Shown piece by piece: positions 27,601-37,793 of a stretch of DNA of 64,000 nt. Positions within the stretch are counted from its first letter, which is position 1. Every line of letters begins with the position of its first letter. Location: NCBI GenBank assembly GCA_012735505.1, contig JAAYHE010000081.1, positions 9,461 through 73,460 of the forward strand, given 5' to 3'. The notes beneath the pieces are model-generated. The model searched no databases and was not told the origin of the DNA. It saw only the letters and a program-made list of their open reading frames with translations. This DNA is from Bacillota bacterium (GTDB lineage: Bacteria; Bacillota; UBA994; UBA5500). The translations under genes and the position numbers were made by a program.

Positions 27601-28665
27601 TTACAGTATAAGCAACTCCTTGCTCGAATGGTTGAAATTCTTGTGCCCGCTGTCGGTCACTAGGACCATATCTTCGATGCGAACACCACCGAAATCTGGA
27701 ATATAAATACCAGGCTCGATAGTTACTACCATTCCCGGTTCTAAAATGTCCTCGGAAGCGCGCCCCGCTCTGGGACCCTCGTGCACCTGGAGGCCGACGC
27801 CATGCCCCAACCCATGCCCGAAGTACTCGCCGTATCCAGCATCCGCGATGATATCGCGTGCAATCTTATCGATATCCCCACCTTTTAGTCCCGGTTTAAT
27901 AGCAGCTTGCGCCTCGAGCTGTGCCTTTAATACAATATCATAAATCTCTTTCTGTTTTGCCGAAGGCTCACCTAAGACGACGGTCCGCGTCATATCGGAG
28001 CAGTAACCGCCACTGACAGCACCGAAGTCCAAGGTAAGAAAATCTCCTGGCTGCAAGACCCGGTCGGTAGGTGCGCCGTGGGGCAAGGATGAGCGAGGGC
28101 CTGACGCGGCGATGATCGGAAATGCAAGTCTTTCAGCACCACGCCGACGCATGGCAATCTCTAATTCAAGGGCAATCTCAGCCTCGCTTCTACCTACCTG
28201 AATCAAAGGCAAGATCTCTTGGAAAGCAGCTTCCGCAATATTGGCCGCAGCCTGCATATGTTCTATTTCGGTCTCGTCTTTAACCATGCGCAGTTTTCTA
28301 ACGACATCTTCAACTGGCACCAGCTGGGTTTCTTCCAAACGTTTCTTTAAGCCTTCATAACCAGCATATGTAACATAATCTCTTTCAAACCCTAGCCGCT
28401 TGATGTCTTGGGCAGTAACTAAATCCTTAAGGGCATCCTTTTCAGGTTGGCCAGTTCTCACTATCTCGAAAGCAGGTGCTTCGTTTGTGGCCTGTTCTAT
28501 GTAACGAAAATCAGTCAGCAGGTAGGCTTGCGTCGCTGTGATCAAAACGGTACCGGCTGAACCGCGAAAACCACTGATATAAAAGCGATTTTCTGGCTTA
28601 CTGATCAGTAAGGCATCCACATCGAGTGCCAGCATCTCTTTCCTTAGCCTTTCCAACTTGTGCAA
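27601..28665 (-). CDS. Xaa-Pro aminopeptidase (M24 family)
   Basis: 354 aa. N-terminal creatinase-like domain and C-terminal M24 metal ligands (HGLGHGVGLQVHE). Classic efp neighbour. Confidence 0.85.
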   Translation of the reverse strand: MHKLERLRKEMLALDVDALLISKPENRFYISGFRGSAGTVLITATQAYLLTDFRYIEQATNEAPAFEIVRTGQPEKDALKDLVTAQDIKRLGFERDYVTYAGYEGLKKRLEETQLVPVEDVVRKLRMVKDETEIEHMQAAANIAEAAFQEILPLIQVGRSEAEIALELEIAMRRRGAERLAFPIIAASGPRSSLPHGAPTDRVLQPGDFLTLDFGAVSGGYCSDMTRTVVLGEPSAKQKEIYDIVLKAQLEAQAAIKPGLKGGDIDKIARDIIADAGYGEYFGHGLGHGVGLQVHEGPRAGRASEDILEPGMVVTIEPGIYIPDFGGVRIEDMVLVTDSGHKNFNHSSKELLIL

Positions 28666-28730
28666 TTTTCTCCCTCCTTTTATCTACCAAAACAACTCTC
28701 TGCTTGCTTTCCCGCTAGCATGAAAACCAC

Positions 28731-29192
28731 CTACTTTTTCGCAGGGCGGTTAAGGAACAGGCGGGCAGCTTCAGTTAAAGCCAGCAAATAGACGTTAGGG
28801 CCAAAGCCGGTGATTTGCCCCATTGCAACAGGAGCCACTACCGACTGCCGTCTAAATTCCTCCCGCGCGTAGATGTTTGTCAGGTGTACTTCGATGGTAG
28901 GCAAACTGCAAGCAGCGACAGCATCACGGATAGCATAACTATAGTGAGTATATGCTCCCGGATTGATGATCAGGCAATCAGCCTCCTCCGCAGCTCTATG
29001 GACAAGGTCAATGATTTCTCCCTCGCTGTTGGATTGATCTATTTTCACCTGCAGGCCTAACCGCTCAGCCTCTGCCCGAATGGCACTGTCAATTTCCAAA
29101 AGCGAAACACTACCATAGATATTGCGCTCCCGCTGTCCTAACAGATTCAGATTAGGTCCGTGGATTACCTGCACCCGTGCCAAGAGAACCAT
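28731..29192 (-). CDS. aroQ: 3-dehydroquinate dehydratase type II
   Basis: MVLLARVQVIHGPNLNLLGQRE..IYG is a canonical AroQ N-terminus. The 61-aa upstream extension in the ORF track is rejected. Confidence 0.85.
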   Translation of the reverse strand: MVLLARVQVIHGPNLNLLGQRERNIYGSVSLLEIDSAIRAEAERLGLQVKIDQSNSEGEIIDLVHRAAEEADCLIINPGAYTHYSYAIRDAVAACSLPTIEVHLTNIYAREEFRRQSVVAPVAMGQITGFGPNVYLLALTEAARLFLNRPAKK

Positions 29193-29350
29193 CCTTTCAC
29201 CAATCAGGAACAAGCTAACAGTTGCTATCCCCGGCAACGCCAGAAGCGTTGCTAGAGTACAAAAATATCTCCACCAAATAACTACCTTCGCCGAGAAATT
29301 GGCTAACTCCTGCATCACATAAAAGCAAAAAAGTATTTCTCCTCTCAGAA

Positions 29351-30448
29351 CTAAGGTCCCCTTTTTTTTAGCCAAGTCATTACCAGTAGCGGCACATCAC
29401 AATTTCGTTCCCACATATCTGCGAACTCGGGAAGGGGACGCAGTTTATTGACACCTAGCTCCATTATTAGACTAGGTATCTGGTAGGTAGTAACTACATG
29501 GTCTCTAGCCATGCCACCAATCCCACCGGAACTATGCCGCAGAGAATAGCCCGTTGCATTAGCCACTGCTGCTGCCAAAGCCCGGTCACGCTCCAGCTGC
29601 TCACCGGTTTGGTAATAGTAATAGAAGACCATATTGCCTACTGTGTGGTAGGTAAGATGCGCCACAAAGCCCTCGGACTCATGTAAGCGATTAAGCGCAA
29701 TAATTTCGGGCTCACTCAGGGGGCCAGGTCCTGCATAATTGGCCCAGGCCGGCTGCGGCGGCCCGTAAGACTGGGCTAACGCCCAATTTGTCGGGTATTG
29801 ACGGTTGAGATCCACACCCCTAGCATTAGCTTTCCACCGTGAAAAGTCTCTCGACCCGCCATTAAATTCTACTAGTTGCTCATAATTTGCACTACTACGC
29901 CCGTTGCTAGCAACAATCTCTACCCCATCGGGATTAACCATGGGCACTACATATAAGGTATATTCTGACAAAAGGGCACGTACATCGTAGCCATTGAAAG
30001 ACTGCCCCGTGTGATAATAATGAGCATAGTGCTCAACCATGGTCAGCAAGACAAAGCTAGTTATCCATTCGCTGCCATGGTGACTACCATCGAGTAAGAT
30101 TTTTTTTGGCCCATGCCCTAGCTTGAGCAAATAGATAGCTCGCTGCTCTACTGATTGGCCAATAATATCGACGGTGAGTAATTCATAGTGATTAGCTAAA
30201 GACCGTAAGTGCTGCAACATGGTTTCGTAAGTATAGATTCGCTTGGTGCGTACAATAGATTTAAACGGCAAATTGGGGTAGAGCGGCACCTCTAAGGGAA
30301 GGGGCTCCTCGCTTATGCCTGCAACCTCCCCCTCAGTTGTCGCCACTGACCGCCTTTCAATTCTGATTGGCGGAGGCGGTTGTGCCTGCACGTACATCCA
30401 GACATCGATATATAAATAAGAGACTAAAATCGCAAAAATACATGCCAA
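29351..30448 (-). CDS. M14-family zinc carboxypeptidase (gamma-D-Glu-DAP murein-peptide-peptidase-like), secreted
   Basis: LLDGSHHGSEWIT is a M14 HxxE zinc site, with a later His ligand. Hydrophobic N-terminus. Confidence 0.7.
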   Translation of the reverse strand: MACIFAILVSYLYIDVWMYVQAQPPPPIRIERRSVATTEGEVAGISEEPLPLEVPLYPNLPFKSIVRTKRIYTYETMLQHLRSLANHYELLTVDIIGQSVEQRAIYLLKLGHGPKKILLDGSHHGSEWITSFVLLTMVEHYAHYYHTGQSFNGYDVRALLSEYTLYVVPMVNPDGVEIVASNGRSSANYEQLVEFNGGSRDFSRWKANARGVDLNRQYPTNWALAQSYGPPQPAWANYAGPGPLSEPEIIALNRLHESEGFVAHLTYHTVGNMVFYYYYQTGEQLERDRALAAAVANATGYSLRHSSGGIGGMARDHVVTTYQIPSLIMELGVNKLRPLPEFADMWERNCDVPLLVMTWLKKRGP

Positions 30449-30584
30449 AACTAATATAACTCGCCTGATAGCTCTTGCCTCCTAATTAAACGCTTACTGC
30501 AAGCTGAATTCGCTGCTAACAAGCGAGAATCCTTTTCTAAACAAGAAATCAAACTCGGGCTCTAACTAATACGCGGCGGCCACA

Positions 30585-30610
30585 TAAACAAACGCCCCGG
30601 AAGCGGGGCG
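30585..30610 (-). terminator. Rho-independent terminator after aroB
   Basis: Minus strand reads CGCCCCGCUUCCGGGGCG followed by UUUGUUUAU. Confidence 0.5.
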
Positions 30611-30738
30611 CTGCTATAAAGGGGCAGTCTGACGCGGTCATGCTTCTCGCGCGTTCCCTTTTTCGGCCTGGGGCGCTGCACCCTAGCAGAACTGATTCAG
30701 CAGTCTGCAAGCGGGAATTTTGCGATATACCCGTCTGC

Positions 30739-31821
30739 CTACGGTTCAACCAGCTCTGCCAAGATGTTCTGCCAACCCTTAGGGAGCTCAGTCTGTAGTT
30801 GGGGCCTGCCTAAGGCAGGCAATAATACCCAACGGGCTACGCCCTGCCGCACCTTCTTGTCGCGCGTAAACAAATCTTGCAATCGTTCCATATCGAGCCC
30901 CGGTGCCGCGGTAGGTAGCCCAAATTGCTGTAACAAAGTTATGGTGTCATGCAAAACCGACTGGGGTAGTCCTAACTGAACGGATAATCGGAGAGCATAC
31001 ACCAAGCCTACACTGACTGCCTCGCCATGCGTGTAGGCGCCCCCTGCTAGAGCCTCGATCGCATGGCCAAGGGTATGACCTAAGTTTAATGCCTGCCGCC
31101 CAGCTTGGTCTTCAGGATCTTTACTAATGCAGGCTGCTTTATAAGTTAAGCAGCGCCGAATTGTCTCTTCTAGTGCAGACATATCTTTCTCCAGTAAAGC
31201 AACTGCTTGCCTTTTTATGAATTCAAAAAAATCTAAGCCGCCCAAGAGGGCGGTTTTCACAACTTCAGCCAAGCCGGCACGATAATCTCGGTCAGGCAGA
31301 GTGATCAAGGTTGTTGGGTCTACAAGAACAAAATTAGGCTGGTAAAATGCTCCTATCAGGTTCTTTAGACCCAAATGGTTAACTCCCACCTTGCCTCCCA
31401 AGCAACTATCTACCTGGGCTAATAGAGTAGTTGGTACCTGCACCAAAGCTATGCCCCGTTGCCAGGTGGCAGCAGCAAAACCGGCAATATCACCCACAAC
31501 ACCGCCGCCGAGGGCGACGATACAGGAGCTACGATCGAGACCTGCGAGCTTTAAAATAGAATATACGCGCCCCATGATAGGATAAACCTTATAGCGTTCT
31601 CCCGCTGGCAGTTCTAATATATCAGCGTCAAATCCGGCTTCTTGTAGATGCTTTTCGCTAGCCTGGGCATAAAGAGGGTTCACATTCTCGTCGGTGACAA
31701 GCATCACTTTAGGACCTAACCCCTGACGCTTGAGGTATAAAGGCAATTGTTCTAACGCTCCTGCCTCTATTATTACCGGATATTGGGTATGTTGTTTTAG
31801 GATAACTGTCATCTCTGCCAT
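30739..31821 (-). CDS. aroB: 3-dehydroquinate synthase
   Basis: Rossmann GGGVVGDIAGF. Zn/NAD site residues: NLGHTLGHAIE. The exact start among M11/M14/M16 is uncertain. Confidence 0.85.
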   Translation of the reverse strand: MAEMTVILKQHTQYPVIIEAGALEQLPLYLKRQGLGPKVMLVTDENVNPLYAQASEKHLQEAGFDADILELPAGERYKVYPIMGRVYSILKLAGLDRSSCIVALGGGVVGDIAGFAAATWQRGIALVQVPTTLLAQVDSCLGGKVGVNHLGLKNLIGAFYQPNFVLVDPTTLITLPDRDYRAGLAEVVKTALLGGLDFFEFIKRQAVALLEKDMSALEETIRRCLTYKAACISKDPEDQAGRQALNLGHTLGHAIEALAGGAYTHGEAVSVGLVYALRLSVQLGLPQSVLHDTITLLQQFGLPTAAPGLDMERLQDLFTRDKKVRQGVARWVLLPALGRPQLQTELPKGWQNILAELVEP

Positions 31822-31826
31822 CCTTA

Positions 31827-32357
31827 TCATCCCCTTTCTAGGACACGCACTATCTGACAAATCTCCTGTACAATTTGCAACGGAGATTTGGCTGCCACTG
31901 CAACCGAATAGTCTGCCACTGTCTGATATAGCCCTTGCCTCTGTTTCATTAAAGTAGCCACTACTTGAGGCCAGTCTTCCCGAAATAAGAGGGGGCGCAT
32001 TTGTGGTTGGCTATGGGCCAACCGCTCAACCAGACTGGCAGCATCTAGCTGCAACCAGATGGTGTAACCTAATTGCCTGAGTAAAGCCCGATTTTCTTCC
32101 CGTAAAACAATTCCTCCACCAGTAGCGATAACAGTAGGTTGAGGCATCTCCAATAGACTCTGTAGCACCCCAGTTTCTATCTGCCGAAAACCTTCTTCCC
32201 CGCTAACAGCAAAGATAGCTTCAATAGAACGGCCCTCACGCTTAACTATTTCCTGGTCGGTATCGAGAAAAGGGCGCCCTAACTTGCGGGCTAGCAAGCG
32301 GCCCACTGTAGTTTTGCCCACCCCCATCATACCTATCAAGACAATATGTTGATACAC
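31827..32357 (-). CDS. aroK: Shikimate kinase
   Basis: Walker A IVLIGMMGVGKTTVGR, then LDTDQEI. Confidence 0.85.
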   Translation of the reverse strand: MYQHIVLIGMMGVGKTTVGRLLARKLGRPFLDTDQEIVKREGRSIEAIFAVSGEEGFRQIETGVLQSLLEMPQPTVIATGGGIVLREENRALLRQLGYTIWLQLDAASLVERLAHSQPQMRPLLFREDWPQVVATLMKQRQGLYQTVADYSVAVAAKSPLQIVQEICQIVRVLERG

Positions 32358-32807
32358 TTACTTACCTCCCGGCGTAGAAACTCTTTCAATCCGAACCCTG
32401 CCCCCTGTACTTATTACCACACTGATGTGGCGTCCGCTAGTATCTTCTAGCCAGGCGGTGTTGTTTTTCATCTCTTCAAACAGACCGTAAGCGCCAATAG
32501 GGAAATCAACAGAGCTTGCTGGTCTAACACCTGGGGGCCAGGGAACGTATTTTAGTGTCACCCAATTTGTTTCCCCCTCTTTTCGTACATAATAGCCACT
32601 CGGGCGAACCCAAATCTCGTGCCCCCAACCGGTGGTTGCAGCAGCAGAGCGCGCAGCTCGAATATCGTTTGCTAAAGTAAGAGCTACCGAATAAAGTTGC
32701 TGTTCAGCCAATGGCCGCCCCCAAGCTGGAGCGAGAACAGCAGTTAACAGGGCTAACACTGCCAAACAAATTAGTAGCTCAATGAACGTAAAACCACGGT
32801 CAGTCAT
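32358..32807 (-). CDS. Prepilin-type N-terminal cleavage/methylation domain protein (pseudopilin)
   Basis: GFTFIELLICLAVLALL is a class III signal peptide (G/FT..E). Stop abuts the aroK start; overlaps the aroE 3' end by 8 nt. Confidence 0.65.
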   Translation of the reverse strand: MTDRGFTFIELLICLAVLALLTAVLAPAWGRPLAEQQLYSVALTLANDIRAARSAAATTGWGHEIWVRPSGYYVRKEGETNWVTLKYVPWPPGVRPASSVDFPIGAYGLFEEMKNNTAWLEDTSGRHISVVISTGGRVRIERVSTPGGK

Positions 32808-33639
32808 TGCTGACCAATGCCTTCCGTAAAGCTATCCGCATCGCCGACACAGGCGCAGGCTGGCCTGTCCACAGTTCAAAAGCAGCTGCCGCTTGGTGTA
32901 ACAACATCCCCTCTCCGCTCAGCGTCTGCCAGCCGCTAGCTGCTGCGGTAGACAAATAAGCGCCAAGCATGTCGCCATAGGCCAGGTCTACTGCCAAGCC
33001 CTGACCTAATGGCCAAACCACTTCTGCTGCCAAGCCGAAAGCTAACCAAGGCTCTTGGCAGGAGGTGGCGTTAACTACCAAATCTAGGGTAGACAATACC
33101 TCGAGGGTACTCGGTGCGTCCACCAGACGGATTCTCTGGTCGGCCAAACTGGCGATTAAAGCTTCCGCACGCGCCCGGGTACGGTTGAGCAAATAGATCT
33201 CTTCTACGCCCACCTTTAATAAACCATAGCAGACAGCACGCGCTGCCCCTCCCGCACCTAAGACTAAGGCGCGGGCACCTGAGGCAGAGACACCTATCTC
33301 CTGTAACGAAGCGATGAAGCCCCGGGCATCTGTATTATCGCCAATCAGTTTGCTACCAACCTTTCTTACGGTATTAACAGCCCCGATTGCCTCTGCTGCA
33401 GGTGCGAGCTCGTCGATTTTGGTCAAGACTGCTTCTTTATGAGGCACAGTAACATTAAAACCACGCACTGCTGCCGCCTGCCGCAGTTCTGCTAAGCGGC
33501 GACCTAAATCAGCTGCCTCTACCGGCCATAAAGAATAGGTGGCCTGGCGGCCGATAGCCTGGAAAGCAGCCCGATGCATAGGAGGTGACAGACTATACAA
33601 CAAGGGAAAACCCAATAAGCCATATTGCTCCATTGCCAT
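32800..33639 (-). CDS. aroE: Shikimate dehydrogenase
   Basis: YGLLGFPLLYSLSPPMH, and LVLGAGGAARAV (NADP Rossmann). Confidence 0.8.
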   Translation of the reverse strand: MAMEQYGLLGFPLLYSLSPPMHRAAFQAIGRQATYSLWPVEAADLGRRLAELRQAAAVRGFNVTVPHKEAVLTKIDELAPAAEAIGAVNTVRKVGSKLIGDNTDARGFIASLQEIGVSASGARALVLGAGGAARAVCYGLLKVGVEEIYLLNRTRARAEALIASLADQRIRLVDAPSTLEVLSTLDLVVNATSCQEPWLAFGLAAEVVWPLGQGLAVDLAYGDMLGAYLSTAAASGWQTLSGEGMLLHQAAAAFELWTGQPAPVSAMRIALRKALVSND

Positions 33640-33641
33640 CC

Positions 33642-34709
33642 CTACCTTACGATCGTGTAGTCCCACGTGTTGAACCGGGGTACAAGCAATCCCTCTGTTT
33701 GGTGCGGTTGTACCCGCAAGTGGGGAACAAGCCCTCCAGCTTCTGTCACCAGGATGATCCGTCCGGCGATTAAGGTCCCCTGCAACCAGATCCGATGCCC
33801 TGTGAGAGTTCCCCGTACAAACAACACGCCAGTCAGGTCAAGGCCATGGCCTGTAGGTACTTGTTCCGCATCCCCGGCAACTAATACGTTAACATGACCA
33901 GTACAACTGCGCCAGAGGACATCGCCTAAAACCAGCAGGGTTGCCGCCGGTTCATCTACGCTTGGCCCGACTATTTCTAGCTCCTCTCCCCCACTCCCTA
34001 GATATACATACGTAGTGCCAGCTTGCAGCACTATACGGCCAGCTGTAGTTGCAGGCAGCGGTACTCCTCTTGGCAGCAGCTGCTCTTGCAGGAACTCCCA
34101 TAGTTTCGTTTCTGGCCTCCATGTGGGCGCAGATTCAGGGGGAGTAGTAAACCTTAGACGGTGGTCGAGTTCGCCTGTAACCGTTAATCGGTCAAAATTT
34201 AGGGTAAAATGGCTTGCACCTGTGGAATCTTCCTCAAGCAAGAAATCACCGTCAATTAAAGCCCTGCCAGCTACCTCAATCTGCGTCAGGCCATTTACGC
34301 TGAGGAAGCTATCTTCCCCGTTCGGATTGACAATACAAAATACGTGCCCGCCAGTAAGCATTTCGGGCACGTAGCTGACCGCCAAACTGCGCGAAAAGTC
34401 GCCCACACGACCTTCAGCAATTATCCTTTGCCTAGTAACATCGTGCTTAATGGCAAAGGTACCGGACGCCAGCGGCATTTCTGTCGACGGCAAAGTAGCA
34501 GTAAGGTCAAAGCGCAACAACGCCTGCGCCCATTCTAGTCCCGCTTCCGCCAAAAAGAAGGTCTGTAAGCTAATTTGCTCTTGCATACTAGCCGTATAAT
34601 CTACCAACACCAACTGCACAATAGGTAGCGCAATCAGTAACAAAAAGGCCAATAAGAGGATGACCGAGAGTAGAATTCCGCCTTGTTGGTTGCGGCACCT
34701 CGCCAGCAT
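33642..34709 (-). CDS. PilX-N-like large minor pilin / pilus tip-associated protein
   Basis: NQQGGILLSVILLLAFLLLIAL..ASMQEQ resembles the PilX N-terminal hydrophobic segment. About 355 aa. Confidence 0.4.
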   Translation of the reverse strand: MLARCRNQQGGILLSVILLLAFLLLIALPIVQLVLVDYTASMQEQISLQTFFLAEAGLEWAQALLRFDLTATLPSTEMPLASGTFAIKHDVTRQRIIAEGRVGDFSRSLAVSYVPEMLTGGHVFCIVNPNGEDSFLSVNGLTQIEVAGRALIDGDFLLEEDSTGASHFTLNFDRLTVTGELDHRLRFTTPPESAPTWRPETKLWEFLQEQLLPRGVPLPATTAGRIVLQAGTTYVYLGSGGEELEIVGPSVDEPAATLLVLGDVLWRSCTGHVNVLVAGDAEQVPTGHGLDLTGVLFVRGTLTGHRIWLQGTLIAGRIILVTEAGGLVPHLRVQPHQTEGLLVPRFNTWDYTIVR

Positions 34710-34725
34710 CTTTCTGTTGGCTCCT

Positions 34726-35211
34726 TTATCTTCCAGCATAGTTCCGCAGCCTCACTTGCTTCACTAGTTCAAAGGGCAAGCCTCGCCTGCTACCCGGCAG
34801 CTGGCTACTACTGACAATTCTAATAGTCACCAAGGGTAAGCTGCCAACGTCAACCTGCATACTGCTTATGTGGGAGCAGATAGGGTGGTTCGCGCTGTGC
34901 AACCAGATCGTTTCTAACCTTTCACTGTGCCCAATTCGTAAGAGCGAACCGTTAGGCAGCGTTAGTAGCATGGCCGTAACCCCACCCGACCGCTCCACCT
35001 GAATATTTCTAGCCCGACGCAGGTGATGGGTAATCACATGCAGAGCATAACGTTGATCGTTTTGTTGTTGAGCCAGCGTGTAATCGGCTAAGACTTGACT
35101 CTGCCAGGCAAGAATAAAAGTGCTCGTCGTTCCGATGACCAAAGCGGCCACAGCCAGCGCCACCAACAGTTCAACCAAGGTAAAACCACCTTGCTGCTTA
35201 CCCCCCTCCAT
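34726..35211 (-). CDS. Pseudopilin (PilW/GspJ-like)
   Basis: GGFTLVELLVALAVAALVIG prepilin signal. Confidence 0.6.
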   Translation of the reverse strand: MEGGKQQGGFTLVELLVALAVAALVIGTTSTFILAWQSQVLADYTLAQQQNDQRYALHVITHHLRRARNIQVERSGGVTAMLLTLPNGSLLRIGHSERLETIWLHSANHPICSHISSMQVDVGSLPLVTIRIVSSSQLPGSRRGLPFELVKQVRLRNYAGR

Positions 35212-35548
35212 AGCGTGCCACCACCTCCAAGGCCCGTTCTTGCCCTCGTTCTACCCAGGTTACACGTATGCCTACGTAGGCGCCGGAGCGGCTTATCTGC
35301 CAAGCAAAAGGTCCCTCTATGCCATGAATTTCCGTCGGATCGGACAAGGGCTGCAATAAGGCTGCCTCTAACTTTGCCTCTGCCAGTAGAGTAGCCTCTG
35401 TTCGCAGGCGCGTCGCTTGCAGGTAAATGGAAGTGGTTGCCTTAATTTGCACACCAACGATAACCACCAAGCTTAAAATAGCTAGGGCAACCAATACCTC
35501 GGTGAGGGTGAAGCCTTTTTCTGCCTTCACTCCCTCCACCTCCCCCAA
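35198..35548 (-). CDS. Pseudopilin (PilV/GspI-like)
   Basis: KGFTLTEVLVALAILSLVV prepilin signal. Confidence 0.6.
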   Translation of the reverse strand: MGEVEGVKAEKGFTLTEVLVALAILSLVVIVGVQIKATTSIYLQATRLRTEATLLAEAKLEAALLQPLSDPTEIHGIEGPFAWQISRSGAYVGIRVTWVERGQERALEVVARYGGG

Positions 35549-36102
35549 GGGGCATCACGATCGTAAGTTTCAGTAATCGGTGGTGGACCTTGCCCCCAAG
35601 TTACTCGAGCTTGCAACTGCATGTTATAGCCGACGCGACCATCTTCTGTAAAAGTGACTGATATCGGCACCAAGTTAGGGGAGTTTTCTATCTCCGCCAG
35701 CAAGTCCTTAGCCAGGGCATAAGTAGGAGAAGCGATATGCAGGGAGACTTGGTCTTCTGTGATAGCGAGCGAGTGTATTTGACTGTGGGTCAATCGGGCT
35801 AAGTCGGCTAGGTAATCGATAAGATCCTGTTTGTAGGAAATCCTATCTAATTGTGCCTGCAGTTCCTGGCAGGCAGCAGCTAGCTGTTCCAACCTAACTC
35901 TGCTTTCTGTAGACTGCACCTGCCATTGCTGTCGCTCTGCCAACTCATGCTCTGCCTGCTGCAAACGGGTCTGGGCCACTCCTAAAGCCTCGCTAAGAGG
36001 AAGCCATAACATAAAATACCAGGCCATGCAGGTGGCCAATAAAAATAGCAAAGCTATGAGGATCCATTCCCGAAAGGTCAACTGCGACAACTTAACCCTC
36101 AT
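35527..36102 (-). CDS. pilO: Type IV pilus assembly protein PilO-like
   Basis: Single TM then a coiled coil; position after PilN. Confidence 0.55.
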   Translation of the reverse strand: MRVKLSQLTFREWILIALLFLLATCMAWYFMLWLPLSEALGVAQTRLQQAEHELAERQQWQVQSTESRVRLEQLAAACQELQAQLDRISYKQDLIDYLADLARLTHSQIHSLAITEDQVSLHIASPTYALAKDLLAEIENSPNLVPISVTFTEDGRVGYNMQLQARVTWGQGPPPITETYDRDAPWGRWRE

Positions 36103-36671
36103 GGCAGCTTCTCCCCTCGCTGGGAAAAGGTTACCGTAAAAGCATAATAGGGGGTAATGCCAGGCCCATCTGCCACCGACGTAGCCCGTTCCAGTCGCTT
36201 CAGGGCACTGAGGGTCACACCTGTCAGTTGCCCGCTCCCTTGCAGATTAGAATAGAATTGCCCGATAGGCTCTAGGGCAGTACTCTCGCACGTGAGGGTG
36301 AACTGGCCCTGCTCTACACTGAGTTGGCGAGCAGTCACCGCAGGTGGCATTAAGCTGGTAACAAGATTCAGGGTAGGAGTCAAAGTAGGGGTAGAGTTTT
36401 GCTGAATCAGTGCCTGCAATTCGCGCCTACGGGCATCTAGTTGCTGCACTTCTAACACCTGCCTGGCAATCGCTTCTAAAGCTTGTACAGCATCTTCTCG
36501 TTCTTCGGCCAGTTTTAGAGTTGTTTGTAACTGCCAGTAAGCCCAAGCGTAGCCTACGGCCAAGAGGAGGAGCCACAACGAAGCGGCCAGCAGTAATAGG
36601 CGCGGCAACGCCGTCTGCAGTTGCTGGCGGCGTCGGGTACTCGCATCTGGCAGCAGATTAACGGGCCACAT
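36099..36671 (-). CDS. pilN: Type IV pilus assembly protein PilN-like
   Basis: MWPVNLLP.. basic stretch then TM then coiled coil; 4-nt overlaps on both sides. Confidence 0.55.
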   Translation of the reverse strand: MWPVNLLPDASTRRRQQLQTALPRLLLLAASLWLLLLAVGYAWAYWQLQTTLKLAEEREDAVQALEAIARQVLEVQQLDARRRELQALIQQNSTPTLTPTLNLVTSLMPPAVTARQLSVEQGQFTLTCESTALEPIGQFYSNLQGSGQLTGVTLSALKRLERATSVADGPGITPYYAFTVTFSQRGEKLP

Positions 36672-37755
36672 GTGTCATCACCTCTCCCATGGCTAAACCG
36701 ATGGCTACCGCCAAAATAGGACCTTGCTCGCGGGCATCCAGCCCTGCCGCTAGCGGCAAAGAAGAACAGGGATTCCCTTGCGCCACCTGGGGCTGCGCCA
36801 GATTGAGGCGCTGGAAAAGTTCGTGCACACTTACAGCTAAGGAGTCGACAAGACCAGGCAATTTGGAATTTCCTCCAATAATTAGAAGCCGAGATACGGG
36901 AGCAGCAGGATTTTCCCCTTGATAGTATTCTAGGGTGATATTCACCTGTTGCAGCAAAGCTTGCCAGCTTGCCTGCAGATACGGATAAACAGCTGTGCCT
37001 TCCAGCACCCCAAAACGCCGCTTCTGGACTTCTGCTTCTTCCCAGCTAATATTCCTTCCCTGGGCTATAGCGCGGGTGAAATCGTTACCTGCTATGCCAA
37101 TTACCCTGACCAGCTGCAAGTCGTCACCACGAAAGATGCTCAAATTGCTGGTGCCAGCCCCTAAGTCAAGCACAACAGTCGCTTCAGCGAAAGTAGTGTC
37201 TGCTAGAGCACCGGAGAGGCGCAGGGAGCGCAAAGCAGCTAATGGCTGGATGTCGACACGCTTGACGCTAAACCCTACTTCCTGCAGCAGTTCAGCAAAA
37301 TCTAGAATAGGCTGTTTTGGCGACCCGACTAAGAAAACCTGCATCTTATTGCCTGGCAATTGGCGCACAACCTGAAAATCAAAAGCCAAATTAGCAGCTG
37401 GAATACCGAAGTAGCTGTCGGCTTGCCAATGCAACACCCTGCGAAATTCAGCTGCCGGCATGCATGGCACTTCTACCTGCCGCACTATTAGGTTTTGCCC
37501 GGTTAAAACGGTAGCGACAGGCAGCGAACGACATTCAAACTCGTCTAGCAGGGTACGCAGACAAGCTCTTAAAGGGCTTGGGTCTTGCACTATCCCATTT
37601 GCTAACGAGTGGGGCGGCGTGCTACGTACCGAATAGCGGGTTAGAACAGTATGTTGCCTTGCTAGTTCGTGTTCTAGTTCCACCAGTTTGATGGTGCCAT
37701 TGCCCACATCTAAGCCATAGGATTTTTTGTTTTTTTGCTTACCAAACAAACGCAT
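36658..37755 (-). CDS. pilM: Type IV pilus assembly ATPase-fold protein PilM
   Basis: SYGLDVGNGTIKLVELE.. actin-like fold; start at MRLFGKQ. Confidence 0.8.
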   Translation of the reverse strand: MRLFGKQKNKKSYGLDVGNGTIKLVELEHELARQHTVLTRYSVRSTPPHSLANGIVQDPSPLRACLRTLLDEFECRSLPVATVLTGQNLIVRQVEVPCMPAAEFRRVLHWQADSYFGIPAANLAFDFQVVRQLPGNKMQVFLVGSPKQPILDFAELLQEVGFSVKRVDIQPLAALRSLRLSGALADTTFAEATVVLDLGAGTSNLSIFRGDDLQLVRVIGIAGNDFTRAIAQGRNISWEEAEVQKRRFGVLEGTAVYPYLQASWQALLQQVNITLEYYQGENPAAPVSRLLIIGGNSKLPGLVDSLAVSVHELFQRLNLAQPQVAQGNPCSSLPLAAGLDAREQGPILAVAIGLAMGEVMTHVAR

Positions 37756-37793
37756 AACTAGCCTCCTGTAGCCGCAACAACTTTGGCGTGGCC

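Noticed and set aside
30549-30749. 66-aa ORF in the aroB / M14-peptidase intergenic region, and the 86-aa ORF 42809..43069
   Set aside because: They overlap terminator hairpins or the pilB start, have no RBS, and are Arg-rich low-complexity.
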